A stretch of DNA of 51,321 nucleotides from Octopus bimaculoides (Eukaryota): assembly GCF_001194135.2 (NCBI RefSeq), contig NC_068999.1, forward strand, positions 21,931,435 to 21,982,755. Direction: 5' to 3'. This document shows, piece after piece, positions 10,675 through 22,959 of this stretch (its first letter is position 1; each line of letters begins with the position of its first letter). A program made the translations under genes and the position numbers. The notes under the pieces were generated by a model. That model was not told the origin of the DNA, searched no databases, and was given only the letters and a program-made list of their open reading frames with translations.

Positions 10675-10952
10675 ACCATGCTCTTGTAATTCTTAACAAC
10701 TTGTCTTCAACACTGACTACTCCAGACTTCCTTTTATTTACTTTTATCAATTTTTTTTAAAGTAATCTAGGACCAAAAATCCAGAGTATGTGCTAAAATT
10801 GAAGTAACCTGGAATATTTTGTTAGAGAAACATCTAATATTCTTAATACACATCTTGACTCTCCATTTGGAAATAATATATTTCTTCCTAAGGATCAATC
10901 TGATAACAGCTATTAGGAAAATATTTAGATTATTGCAGCTCTCTTCATTTTG

Positions 10953-10997
<45 letters not shown>

Positions 10998-11173
10998 CAG
11001 TTTCAATGGTTCTTGTTCATATACTTTTGTTCTATATTTATTGTATGTCACTTTTCTTTGAATTTTCCCTTTTTTTCGTTTATTTTTTTCTATATGTAAT
11101 TTGAACCCTGATAAGTCTTTTAAGCATATTTTTTCACACCTGTTAGAAAAGCTAAGAATTCTATAAATTTATT

Positions 11174-11827
11174 NNNNNNNNNNNNNNNNNNNNNNNNNNN
11201 NNNNNNNNNNNNNNNNNNNNNNNNNNNNNNNNNNNNNNNNNNNNNNNNNNNNNNNNNNNNNNNNNNNNNNNNNNNNNNNNNNNNNNNNNNNNNNNNNNNN
11301 NNNNNNNNNNNNNNNNNNNNNNNNNNNNNNNNNNNNNNNNNNNNNNNNNNNNNNNNNNNNNNNNNNNNNNNNNNNNNNNNNNNNNNNNNNNNNNNNNNNN
11401 NNNNNNNNNNNNNNNNNNNNNNNNNNNNNNNNNNNNNNNNNNNNNNNNNNNNNNNNNNNNNNNNNNNNNNNNNNNNNNNNNNNNNNNNNNNNNNNNNNNN
11501 NNNNNNNNNNNNNNNNNNNNNNNNNNNNNNNNNNNNNNNNNNNNNNNNNNNNNNNNNNNNNNNNNNNNNNNNNNNNNNNNNNNNNNNNNNNNNNNNNNNN
11601 NNNNNNNNNNNNNNNNNNNNNNNNNNNNNNNNNNNNNNNNNNNNNNNNNNNNNNNNNNNNNNNNNNNNNNNNNNNNNNNNNNNNNNNNNNNNNNNNNNNN
11701 NNNNNNNNNNNNNNNNNNNNNNNNNNNNNNNNNNNNNNNNNNNNNNNNNNNNNNNNNNNNNNNNNNNNNNNNNNNNNNNNNNNNNNNNNNNNNNNNNNNN
11801 NNNNNNNNNNNNNNNNNNNNNNNNNNN
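11174..11827. other. Assembly gap (in the probable UBE3C 3'UTR/downstream region)
   Basis: N run. Confidence 1.
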
Positions 11828-12257
11828 TATTGACTTCATCATTATTGTTCAAATTTATTATTATTTTTCAAATTCTGAACCTGTGTTCTGTACATGTTTA
11901 TTTAAACAATGGTTATAGAAAAAGAGTATATTTTAATGCCGACTGTTTATTTATCTCTAATGTTTAAATGAAAAGGTTTAGAAATATCAAATTTTCTCAT
12001 GGACAAGTTGACATTTTCACAAAAATTTGCTTAACAAAATCTATTAATTTTTTTAATGGTAGATCATAAATGTTTTTAATAATCATTGAAAAAAGATGCT
12101 AATCTCAGACGAAATATCAAATGTTAGGTGGTAACTGTCAGCTCTTTGGGTTTTTTTTTTTTTTTCAGTTTTTTTTCTAGCAAAAGTTAATTAATATTGT
12201 CTATGTGTTTAGTTTTAAGGAATATAACAATCATTGTTGATGTATAAAAGAAAAAAA

Positions 12258-12578
12258 TAGCACTCCGTCAGTTATGGTGACACGGGTTCCAATTGATCCA
12301 ATCAACAGAACAGCCTACTAGTGAAATTAATGTGCAAGTGGCTGAGCATTTCACAGACACATTGTACCCTTAATGTAGTTCTCAGGGAGATTCAGCATAA
12401 CACAGAATGTGACAGGGCTGGTCCTTTCAAATACAGGTACAACTCATTTTTGACAGCTGAGTGGACTGGAGCAACGTGAAATGGAGTGTCTTGCTCAAGG
12501 ACACAATATACTGCCAGGAATCAAGCTCGCTATTTACGATTGTGAGGTGAATACCCTAACCACTAAGCCACATGCCTT
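12258..12578 (-). mobile_element. tRNA-derived SINE group C, full length
   Basis: Reverse complement: ggcatgtggcttagtggttagggtattc head, tgtgtccttgagcaagacact core-like box, and a body ending cataactgacggagtgcta. Confidence 0.82.
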
Positions 12579-13697
12579 CCTGTTGATATATAAGTTGATA
12601 CTAAAAATGCATAGGATGAGGAGTTAAAGGTTCATTACTAGGTAGAAACACTAAAGTGCATCCTTGAGGAAGACACTGAGCATAATTAAACCCATTTGAA
12701 AATAGGTACCAGTTAATTAAGTAAGTGCTTGAAGGTTAGTGAGAGATTTGATAATTATTTTTACATGAATGAAATATTTTATATAAACAGCTTTTATATA
12801 TCACTGCGTTCTGAGAAAGGGTTAAATGCATTGATGAACAATGAAAATGTCCAACATTTTAGAAGCTGAGAAGTTGAGTTTGTTATTTTAGCAAAAGATA
12901 AACCTTGATTGAGCAGACCTTCAATCAAAAGGATCCCAGTAATGACTACTTCATCTTTTCCAAGACCATATTCAATGTGTTCTTCCTTTTTTAAGATGGT
13001 ACAGTGTGACTTGAAGGAGATTTGGCTTCTCTTTCTAACAAACTGAATCACCACATGAAGGCTTTTGGCCTGGCTAATTGTAATTTAGTTACTCTGGAAA
13101 ATTACTTTAGGTTATTTAGGATTTCAATTTATCCACGTATACTGTTATTAAGCAAGCAAATGATATAGAAATATGATTACCTATCACTGAGTGGTTGGTA
13201 AAACAACTTTGTGTAGTCTGTCACCAGATATGGACAAAGAAATCAGCCTGATCATTTATCACACAAGTTGATTTTTAAACTTTTGTTTGAGAATTTCTGA
13301 AACACCTATTTCAGCATAAAGTAGTGTCTCTGATAATAGTATTTTCATTCATGATTAAGTTTACTGATTATATACCAATCACTATCCCAAAAGAACAACA
13401 AATTACCACCCTCACATACAGTAGAATAATAGGTATTTAGTTGAGTACAAAATGTTCAAAAGGAAAAGAATCTAATCTAAAAGTGAAAATGCCAATTGAC
13501 AGTTTCACTGATGGCAAAGTTTGAAGTGATAATTTCAGCCAATAACTGTACTTACTTTTGGATTAGATATTTTTCCCATAATATTTCATATCTTTCACTT
13601 GAATTTTGAACTTATTAATTCTGTTGTATTTGACAAATTGGTATTTTTGCTGTTGCTGATTATATAAAATTTCTCTTTTTTACAAATGTAAAGTTGG

Positions 13698-13908
13698 TTT
13701 CAAATTTTGGCACAAGTCTAGCAAGTTCAGGGTAGGAAATAAGTCAATTACATTGACCCTAGAGCTCAACTGATACTTATTTTATCAACCTTGAAAGAAT
13801 GAAAGGCAAAGTGGATCTCAGCAGAATTTGAACTCAGAATGTAAAGATGGCAAAATGCTTAGCAGCATTTTGCCCAGTGCAGTAACAATTCTGCCAGCTC
13901 ACTGCCTT
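13698..13908 (-). mobile_element. SINE group B
   Basis: Matches 4591-4805 along its length. Confidence 0.85.
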
Positions 13909-14499
13909 TTTTTCAAATGTAATATTACCATATTTTCTGGCTTACAAGTCGACATAGTATAAAGTGTGTGTATAAGTGTAGTGTAAGCATGCCAACATCA
14001 CTATCTTTCCAAATTCCATTTCATTTCACTTGGAATTTTTGATCCTCCAGTTTTGTCATGGTGTATAAGTTGCTTTTTGGCTGTAAATTTTGGTCTGAAT
14101 AATTTGATTTGCATGCTGGAAGATATGGTATATTTCAAGCTTTCTATCAAAATGACAGAACCATTCCCATTATTTTGTTTAACTTTCAACCACAAAGAAC
14201 CCCAATATCTCTTACAAGGACTGGCCTTGTGATATATTCAAACAAGATCAGCAATAATGATCACTGATATAACTGTATTGCCCTTCATCTGGAGCTCCAT
14301 TCAAAACTGGATTGTGAAGCAGAATTCTAACACATGAAAATGTAGCTAAACTGAATTCAATAAAAAGTCAAAGTTCTTCAGTCTCTTTACTACACTGGTT
14401 ACTAGATAAGGTTCTCGTGTTGAACTAATGCTTTGTTATTTTATGATTCTACTAATTGACCCAACTCAATGCTTCTTCAAGTGAGATACTTCATAGTGT

Positions 14500-15650
14500 G
14501 TGGTACTGGACCAGTAATTGCTCAAACAGAAATGTAGTGAGGCTTTTTGGAGATGAATCATTAATTAGACAAATTGAGTGAGAAGAGAGACCATTGGTGT
14601 AGCAATCTGGGAGTTGTTGATTCATGGATATTTGATAAGGCTATAGAGCTGTAAAGACATGTTTTTGGAATTCATTATTTGGTACCAATAATTTGTGAAA
14701 ATATTGTCCCTGATAATGTGGTTTGATCAGATCACTGGACAGCATACAGCAATAATGGAGGAGATGATGGACTTTGGCATTGCATTAAGGAACACTAAAT
14801 CCAAAGAAGTGTCTTTGTGATGATCTATCCAACTTTTGCAAGCAGGAAAAGCAGTTGTGAAATAATGATACAATGTACATGGACGAAAGGAGGAGGTGTG
14901 ATAGATTCACTCTTTCCCCTTGGGCTAGAGGCCACATAGAAAAGTATCCCAATGGAAAATTTTTTTTATTAGAAATTAGTGTTTATTTTGTTTGTATAAA
15001 ATTTCAGACAAATCAGTCCTTCTGTTCTGCAGTAATACCACAAATGTTTTGGGTTGCCTCAAAGTTATATGAGACGAGACCAATATTCCTTGCAAACAGC
15101 CAAGGCAGTGTACATCCTCTTATTTATTTTTTTATATTTATATTTTTGTGACAGTTTTATTATTAGAGGAAAAAGTTTAACAAGATCCATTTACTTTTGT
15201 AAGCTGTATACTCAGCTGCATTCTAAAGGTAGTTGACACCGAGATATGAAAATAGATCCAAGGGAGTGAAGAAAGACTAGAGAATCAAAAATAAGTGCAA
15301 AGAAGATGGTACAGAGTAAACTTTTTTTTTAAATGGTTAAGATTCATGTAAATTAGAAATTAATTACACTTTAAGTTATGTGGACAATGAGCATCTCTAT
15401 AGAAGCCTTCCAAAAGTGACCAACATGCTCTGAGAATGACTTCTCCACATGTCCGGTCATTGCATGCGGCATGAAGAGGCATTAAAATTTGTTCTTTGGG
15501 GAGCCATAACATGATACCAACCCCTGTGAGAGATATCATCTGATATTTATGATCAATCGGAAGAAAGACAGAATTTGATTCTTATCCACTTACTGAAGGT
15601 TGTGATGATAGATCAAGATGCTTGACAAAATTGCTTTGTCTTCAAGGAGC
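14500..15650 (-). pseudogene. Scattered, very degenerate CR1-like RT remnants
   Basis: APQRTN (about 15490) and LHYCCMLSS (about 14750) resemble VPQGTV and LDYCSQLWSP; heavily disrupted. Confidence 0.3.
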
Positions 15651-16360
15651 AGGTGAGAGTTGGCCAAAGTAAGTAATGTGGAAGAGTAATTGAATATACA
15701 GTACCAGACAAAATATCCAGCAATATACCACGCAGTAGGATCGAACCCGGAATCAAGTGGTTGGGAAGCAAGCCTCTTACTGCACCAGTGTCCATAAAGG
15801 ATATAGCTCCTTCCCACGTCATATGGACTCATAAGGCTTGTTTCTCAGTTCCTGTAGTGTATATATTCCCCTATGGATATGACGGTCTGTCGAGTGAATT
15901 GGAGCAATGTGAAATAAAGTGTTTTGCTCAGAAACACAACACACTGTCCAACCCAGGAGTCAAAACTACAATCCAACACCCTAACCACTGAATTATGTGC
16001 CTCCATGTTTTAAGAATTTTATGTGTATTAATAGATATCAAACAGACTCTGTTTTAAAAATGTACGATGCCAGAAAGATCACAAGAGGGACCTGTCAGTC
16101 TTGTCAGTTTATAACATCTCCCTTTCTGGTTCTGTTGCTGAAGGGGAGATAACCACTCCGAAATGCATGCATGTCTGCAGTGAGATTTTCTCCATAACAA
16201 AACATAGTAACATGTTATGGTTATCTTTTTTTTTGTTCTGTTTTTTTAATTGTTTCAGCTCAGAGCTGCGGCCATGCTGATGCACCGCCGTTTACAGATT
16301 TTCAATAGAAATTATAGCCAGCACTGATTTTTTATGAAGTTTCTTATCAGAAGATGTCAT

Positions 16361-16731
16361 AGGCACAGGAGTGGCTGTGTGGTAAGTAGCTTGCTTACCA
16401 ATCACATGGTTCCTGGTTCAGTCCCACTGCGTGGCGCTTTGGGCAAATGTCTTCTACTATAGCCTTGTGAGTGGATTTGGTAGACAGAAACTGAAAGACT
16501 GTCGTATATATGTATATATATGTGTGTTTGTGTGTCTGTGTTTGTCCCCCCCAACATTGCTTGACAACTAATGCTGGTGTGTTTACGTCCCCCATAACTT
16601 AGCGGTTCAGCAAAAGAGATCGATAGAATAAGTACTAGGCTTACAAAGAATAAGTCCTGGGGTTGATTTGCTTGACTAAAGGCGGTGCTCCAGCATGGCC
16701 GCAGTCATATGACTGAAACAAGTAAAAGAGT
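16361..16731 (+). mobile_element. SINE group A1, full length
   Basis: Complete tRNA-like head, short TA/TG repeat, body and gactgaaacaagtaaaagagt tail. Confidence 0.9.
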
Positions 16732-17159
16732 AATGTAAACAACAATGCAATTGATGATGGAAAAATAGGTAATGGGTGTATTATGCATATTTCAGGAGTT
16801 CTTCCTCCTTCTCCAACACCACTTCCAATCCATTAACCATCCATGAACACATTTGCATATGCACCCATTACCTATTCTTCCATCTTCGATTGCATTGTTG
16901 TTTACATTAGACATCTTCAGATATGAAACACCATAACAAATCAGTGCTGGCTTATCATTTCTATAGAGAATCTGTAGAGATAACCTTAACATGTGAATTA
17001 ATAGCACTGCTAACTCAGTAGGACACAGTATTGACTTATAAAGCATTCAATATACTTTGTAGTATATTATGGTTGCATAACAAAATGATGTCCCTACAAG
17101 TAATTAAAATAGAGTGAATGGCTTTCTTATGGATTCAAATATGTTTGAGGCTGTGTGTA

Positions 17160-17335
17160 TGCACAGGCATGGCTATGTGGTAAGAAGCTTGCTTCCCAAC
17201 CTCATGGTTCCAGGTTCAGTCCCACTGCATAATCCCTTAGGCAAGTGTCTTCTAATATAGCCTTGAGCCAACCAAATCCGTGTGAGTGGATTTGGTAGAT
17301 GGAAACTGAAAGAAACCCATTGTGTATGTATGTGT
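17160..17335 (+). mobile_element. SINE group A, 5' half
   Basis: gcacaggcatggctatgtggtaagaagcttgcttcccaacc...ggaaactgaaagaaaccc. Confidence 0.8.
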
Positions 17336-18945
17336 GTAGCAGCAGCAGCAGATATGATAATGCTTGTTGATGTGAAGAGGTAACAACTCCTTGTAATGAG
17401 AGTAGGTAACAGTGCAACAACTGTTGAAGTGAAAATGTAAGGTTCTCACGTCAGAGATCGGAGATACCAAGCAAAGAATAAAGAATATTATTTACATGTT
17501 TATGTGCCGGCAAGTGGTTGGTAAGTCAGATGCCAGTAATCATTAATAACTGACAGTAACAAAGCTTCGCTAGCTGGTTGGTAATGTAGAAGTTGCATTC
17601 TGTTGGTAGATAGAGAAAGAGTAAGGATTGCACTTTGCTGACAGAGAGGAAGAAAGGGTAGAGGTGGCATTGTCTCTTTTTGATTGCACCCTTCCGTAAC
17701 CAACAAAAGGTCCTTGGTCAAGTGTTTCCCATTAATCATCCAGTGTAGAGATGCAAACACAAAGGATTTTACACTTGTTTGACCAGCAACAAGCAAGAGG
17801 ATTTCATTTCAAATCTCAGGTAGGGCAAGGTGAGGAACCTATGTGTGTGTGTGTGTGTGTATTTAACAGCTGAAGGTTGAATTGATGAATTAAAGTTGGT
17901 TTGAGTAAGGCTATGTGTATAGATAAAGGAAGGACAAGGAAACCAAGATTAAATGCAATAAATTATTCAACCCGTTAAAGAGCATTAACACAGCAAAGCT
18001 GTTGAGATACATCTTGAAGGAATGGTCACAATATATACGCAATGGTTTAACATGCAGATGATATTTGATGATGTATGTGATGTAGAATAGGAAAACAAAT
18101 ATGAAACATAAGTTCTGCTAGAAGACAGGAACAAACATATGCGTCAAAAAAGACCTGTGAAAATAAACTTGCTTTCTGCCTATGTCCGAACTTCATCATG
18201 CAAACCCACCTCACTAAAGTGGAAACGGTTTCCTTATAAGGCTGATGGAAAAAGGAAAAACTTGCACAAATCTCCTGATCAAGAGGTTTATCTGTTGGGG
18301 AAGGCATGCTCTGACATGGAATAAACAAAGATTTATATAAGACAATTTATTGTAAAAATTGCCCGGCAATGTCGGACTATTCAACCAGTTTGTGTGTGTG
18401 TATCTCACCATCATTTGATGACTGGTGCTGGAGTGTTTACAACCTTGTAAACTAGCAGTTCAGCAAAAGAGAATGATAGAAAAGGTAATGGGTACCAAGT
18501 TTAAAAAAGTACCATGCTTAAAAAAATAAGTATTGTGACCAATTCAATCGACTAAAATTCTTCAAGGTGGTGCCCCAGCATGACTGTAGTCTGATGACTG
18601 AGACAAGTAAAAGATAGAAAATGTGTGTGTGTCATTGATATGTATGTCCCATACCAACGTTTGACAACTTATTTTGGTTTGTGCAGGTCCCCTAAAGTAG
18701 CAGTTCAGCAAGGGTCAATTAATTCAACAAAAAACTTTCCAAGGCAGTACCTAAGCAGGTGCTCGGTAATTTCACCATTACTGTCTATTCAAGCTCATTT
18801 TATCCAGGTTTTTATCAGATATCTCATGCAATGAACTGATCATCACAAAATTTCAAATTGTTCTAGATAATATGGAGCTAATGTAATAGTTTCAGCAAAA
18901 TTCAAAATCTATTTATCATATTACCTGTTTTGCATAAACAAAACT

Positions 18946-19175
18946 AGGGTGGCGAACTGGCAGAAATGTTAGCACGCTGGGCAAAATGCTTACCAGTATT
19001 TCATCTGCCATTGTGTTCTGAGTTTAAATTCTGCCGAGGTCGACTTTGCCTTTCATCCTCTTGGGGTCGATTAAATAAGTACCAGTTACACACTAGGATC
19101 GATGTAATCAACTTAATCCCTTTGTCTGTCCTTGTTTGTCCCCTCTATGTTTAGTTCCCTGTGGGCAATAAAGAA
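18946..19175 (+). mobile_element. SINE group B, full length
   Basis: gggtggcgaactggcagaaatgttagcacgctggg...gaggtcgactttgcctttcatcctcttggggtcgattaaataagtaccag. Confidence 0.88.
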
Positions 19176-19553
19176 ATAAATATTATGCAGAACTATATTT
19201 TACACACTTGTGTTGACAAATGCATTCAACGAGAAATCATGTGTCGAGAAATATATTCTACATGAAACCAGGTGTTGACACTGTATTCTGCTGTTTGTGC
19301 CTATATTTTTGGAAAGTTTTACCCATCTATTTGGATGCTTCGCTGATCTGTTGGCTATCAATTGGAATTGGTTTCAGACTTGTCATTGACCTGCCTGGAC
19401 GCATTGGTTGGCTCGAGGCTATAGTTGAAGACACTTGCCCAAGGTGCCATGCAGTGGGACTGAATCCAGAACCATGTGGTTGGGAAGCAAGCTTCTTATC
19501 CCACACACATTAAAAGATATCCATTTTCCTGAAAGTTACAAAAGAAAAAATCA

Positions 19554-20015
19554 GATCATGCGAATTTTCCAAGTCCTCTCCCACCCTCATTCATCAGCAT
19601 GAATTTTTTGTCTTCATATTCATTTACTACAAATTGTTTTACACCTATTACACTATTTTTTTCTTCATTTTTGTGACTGGATGTTAAAGTTGGGTTTTCG
19701 GATCCTGTTAGTTTGATCATGTGAATATTCCTCTCTCCACCCACCCACCCCATTCTTCAACACATTTTTTTCCCTATCTGTTTACTACACATTGTTTTAT
19801 AACTATTACACTTGTTTTTTTGTTTTTTTTTTTGGTGGCCAGGTGTCAAAGTCAGATTACAGGATCGTGTGAATTTTCCAAGTCCTCTCCCCACTCACAA
19901 AAATGAAAAAACAATAGTGTAATAAGTGTAAAACAATGTGTAGTAAACGAATATGAAAAACAAAAATTTGTGCCAATGAGCAAGGGGTGGGGAGAAGACT
20001 CGTGCCTGTTGATCG
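19554..20015. repeat. About 120-bp unit present as two direct copies, a third head and one inverted copy
   Basis: Heads gatcatgcgaattttccaagtcctctccc at 19554, 19715 and 19863; 19894-20015 is the reverse complement of the first unit. Confidence 0.75.
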
Positions 20016-20228
20016 TAGTGATTTGAACGACCGAGAATTCTTACATTCAGTTTCGAATCTAGGCTTGGAGAAGGAAGTGTTAATTTTTACAGATTCATAT
20101 CTGTGAATTTATTGTGACGCAGGGTATATGAAACTTGTGATTTGTTTCGAAAAATTATGGAATGTATTTCGGACTTTCGTCTTCAATGAACCGCTGTGCT
20201 ATGGTTGTTATCGCGAACAAAAATCTTT

Positions 20229-20371
20229 TCTAGTCTAGGCACAAGGCCCGATTTTGGGGGAAAGGGGGGCAGTCGATTAAATCGATCCCAGTTAATTACA
20301 AGTTGCGTACTGGGTCGATCTAATCGACTGGCCCCCTCCCCCAAAATTTCGGGCCTTATGCTTAGAGTAGA
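20229..20371. repeat. Hairpin made of two inverted SINE-B 3' tails (about 64-bp arms, 16-nt loop)
   Basis: 20229-20292 pairs with 20309-20371. Confidence 0.8.
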
Positions 20372-21002
20372 CAAGTTATTTCGAACAATATTGAATTTGT
20401 AATGTGTTGTTTATCGCATTAAATGCATATCGAATGCTTAAAACTACAAAATATATTGTTTACTCTTTTTTGTTTCGGTCATTGAGGTCGTGAAATGTAT
20501 GAAAACTATGATGATTTAGTACTTATGAGATATATTTTGCAAATAAAAATATGCCGATGATATTGCACTACTTTTTGTCTTGACTACTCTGTGTGTCGTA
20601 CGTCCCAAGATGAAATTACAGGAACGAAAACACCCGAAGTTACCTACATTCGCTTAAGCATGACCACAGTCTAATGATGGAAACAAGTAAAAGATAACAT
20701 ATATTTGCTACGCATACAGTATAATGTTATAGGATAAAAAGTAAAGAGCATGATAGTATTTAACATATACAAGTACAAATTAATACATTTCTAAAGCGGT
20801 GTATGTTTAATGCTCATCAATCCACTTAAGACAGAAAAGAACACAGTCTGTTTACTCAATACAGAATTCTTCTATTCCGGAAAGCCAAATCAGCTGCCCA
20901 GTTTCGTATTAATTTTCTTTCTTCTGCGAGGGTTATCTCCCTTGTCAGCGTATCGTCAGATGCCGTTGGTTCCTTGCAATTTGAAAAAGTGTTCTTTGCA
21001 AC

Positions 21003-21098
21003 ATGGATAATAATATTATTATCCTGGATTCTAGTGACTCAGAAGCAAGTGTTTTGGAAATTACTCCTGTGATAAAAGTTCAAAATTCGACTTGTCGG
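21003..21098 (+). CDS. Putative first coding exon of an unnamed SIM-repeat/C2H2 zinc-finger gene (MDNNIIILDSSDSEASVLEITPVIKVQNSTCR)
   Basis: gcaacATG start context, 32 open codons, cgg|gtatgt donor (phase 0). Homologous to the 24702-24794 exon; IIILDSSDSE resembles a SUMO-interacting motif. Confidence 0.72.
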
Positions 21099-21198
21099 GT
21101 ATGTATCTAAAAAAATAAACGTTTTCTTTTATGCTGAATAAATTTGTATTTATATGAAAGTGTTTTCGTTTGCCCACATAAAAAAATTTATTCTACAC

Positions 21199-21305
21199 CA
21201 GTGGTTCTCAACCCTTTTATTTAAATGAAGTTTTCCCACGTACCCCCTTTTAATATGCTTATATATAGATATGAAATTTTGCTGACCCCAGGTTGGGAAC
21301 CACTG
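21199..21305. mobile_element. 107-bp hAT (Charlie-like) MITE
   Basis: TIRs CAGTGGTTCTCAACC / GGTTGGGAACCACTG; the 8-bp flanks ttctacac / ttccctac match only partly. Confidence 0.7.
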
Positions 21306-21639
21306 TTCCCTACAAAAAAGAAAAATTACAGAATAAGAAACGAGGTGATGGTCATTGAAAGTTACAAAAACAATTATATTTACAATATTGTATATTCTAC
21401 ACCACTGTGATAATGTTTTTGAACATTATTTCCGGGTTCCATTCAAAGAAACGCATACAACTCGTTTCTAGCACATGAGTTGATGCGGGAATTGTTTTTG
21501 TTTATACTATTTTTAATTTTTCTTTTTCAGGCGAAGTTTTGGCAAATAAGAAAACAAAAGAAACACCCACATAACTTTTGTACAGTTTTTTTCTTTTTTT
21601 TTTAGTCGAAGAAAATTTGGTGGAGCTATGCTGTAAGCA

Positions 21640-22105
21640 CGGGTGCACTTGGCGGAGATATAAATGACCCCTCCAGCCCTTAAAAAACTTTTTTTGTTAT
21701 GGAATCCCACGTGTTCGGGTATGGAGATTCCGTTTACAATTTTTTTTTCAGATATAATCTCTGTATTTTTCTACGTATTTCGCAAAAAAAAAAGTTTCCG
21801 GAAAAATTGAAAAAGGAAGAAATGGGGGGATGGGGGCGGATTGAAATTTTGAAGTTGCGATTTTTGAAAAAAATTTTTTCAGAATCGGAATCTTCCTCCA
21901 AACCGGAAATGTGGGATTCCGTAAAAAAAAAAAAAAAAAATTCCGTTTACTTAATGTGCGCCTCCAAACAAGTGTCAACAGTAAAAAGACTGGTTAAAAA
22001 CAATCAAGAATTTGCAAACGATATTTTCGGGCCCCTCGTATCATTCATAATACCTGACTGGTAAAAGTAAATTACCGCCCCTTGTATCGTCCGACATGTT
22101 TGTTT
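21640..22105. promoter_or_regulatory. CpG-enriched segment near the 5' end of the SIM/C2H2 gene
   Basis: Visibly more CpG than the flanks; CCGGAA ETS-like cores (about 21798 and 21903), GGCGG boxes and TTTGAA motifs. Ends at an assembly gap. Confidence 0.35.
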
Positions 22106-22221
22106 NNNNNNNNNNNNNNNNNNNNNNNNNNNNNNNNNNNNNNNNNNNNNNNNNNNNNNNNNNNNNNNNNNNNNNNNNNNNNNNNNNNNNNNNNNNNNNN
22201 NNNNNNNNNNNNNNNNNNNNN
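22106..22221. other. Assembly gap
   Basis: N run. Confidence 1.
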
Positions 22222-22590
22222 TAGGGCAGCGGAGTCGCGGTCATAGGATCGCGATTTCGATTCCCAGACCGGGCGTTGTGAGTGTTTATTGAGCGAAAAC
22301 ACCTAAAAGCTCCACAAGGCTCCGGCAGAAGATGGTGGCGAACCCTGCTGTACTCTTTCACCACAACTTTCTCTCACTCTTACTTTCTGTTTCTGTTGTG
22401 CCTGTAATTCAAAGGGCCAGCCTTGTCACACTGTGTCACGCTGAATATCCCCTGAGAACTACGTTAAGGGTACACGTGTCTGTTGAGTGCTCAGCCACTT
22501 GCACGTTAATTTCACGAGCAGGCTGTTCCGTTGATAGGATCAATTGGAACCCTCGATGTCGTAAGCGACGGAGTGCCAACAACATTTTTG
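22222..22590 (+). mobile_element. tRNA-derived SINE sharing the group C 3' body but with a different 5' half
   Basis: gggccagccttgtcacac...gagaactacgttaagggtacac...cgacggagtgccaacaac matches the reverse complement of 12258-12430; the upstream 170 nt differ. Confidence 0.8.
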
Positions 22591-22959
22591 AGTATAAAAT
22601 ATTTAAAAATGGATGAATCTTTCTAATTTTTTTTGCATACATCATTTATTTTGTATGTATTTTCTATTTTCATAATTTTTTTTTTAATTGCATTTCATTT
22701 TCTTAGAGAGGTGCGTTTCTAAAGGAGCTCCATAGCATGCCTATTGAGAAGGTCGAAAGTCAACAACGTGTTGAAGCATTGAACCAAAGGGATCTAACCG
22801 TTTTTAGTCCAATCCCTTGTCACCATATAAAATCAATTTTTTAATGGGGGTGAGATAACCAAATTTACTAAGTAATTGTATGATGTTAGTATGTAGAATA
22901 CCTGGTTTCAGTGTTATTCTGTTTAGGGGTGAAAAAAATTAGACGCAGGTTTGACAATA

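Noticed and set aside
16361-16440. tRNA genes at the SINE heads (many copies)
   Set aside because: A/B-box-like heads run directly into SINE bodies and lack a complete cloverleaf or acceptor stem.
18047-18330. Short ORFs on both strands
   Set aside because: No splice-consistent structure or recognisable motif.
10674-21003. Functional ubiquitin-SUMO gene cluster (UBE3C next to a SIM protein)
   Set aside because: Adjacency alone is not evidence in a metazoan genome; conserved synteny or co-expression would be needed.
21531-21632. 102-nt exon using the strong acceptor at 21529-30
   Set aside because: There is an in-frame TAG at 21603-05 in the phase required to join exons 1 and 2.
21699-22064. 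121-aa + strand ORF
   Set aside because: Dominated by A/T homopolymer codons, with no recognisable domain and no good in-phase donor.
22705-22845. Possible exon RGAFLKELHSMPIEKVESQQRVEALNQ...
   Set aside because: No convincing donor before the stop and no recognisable similarity.
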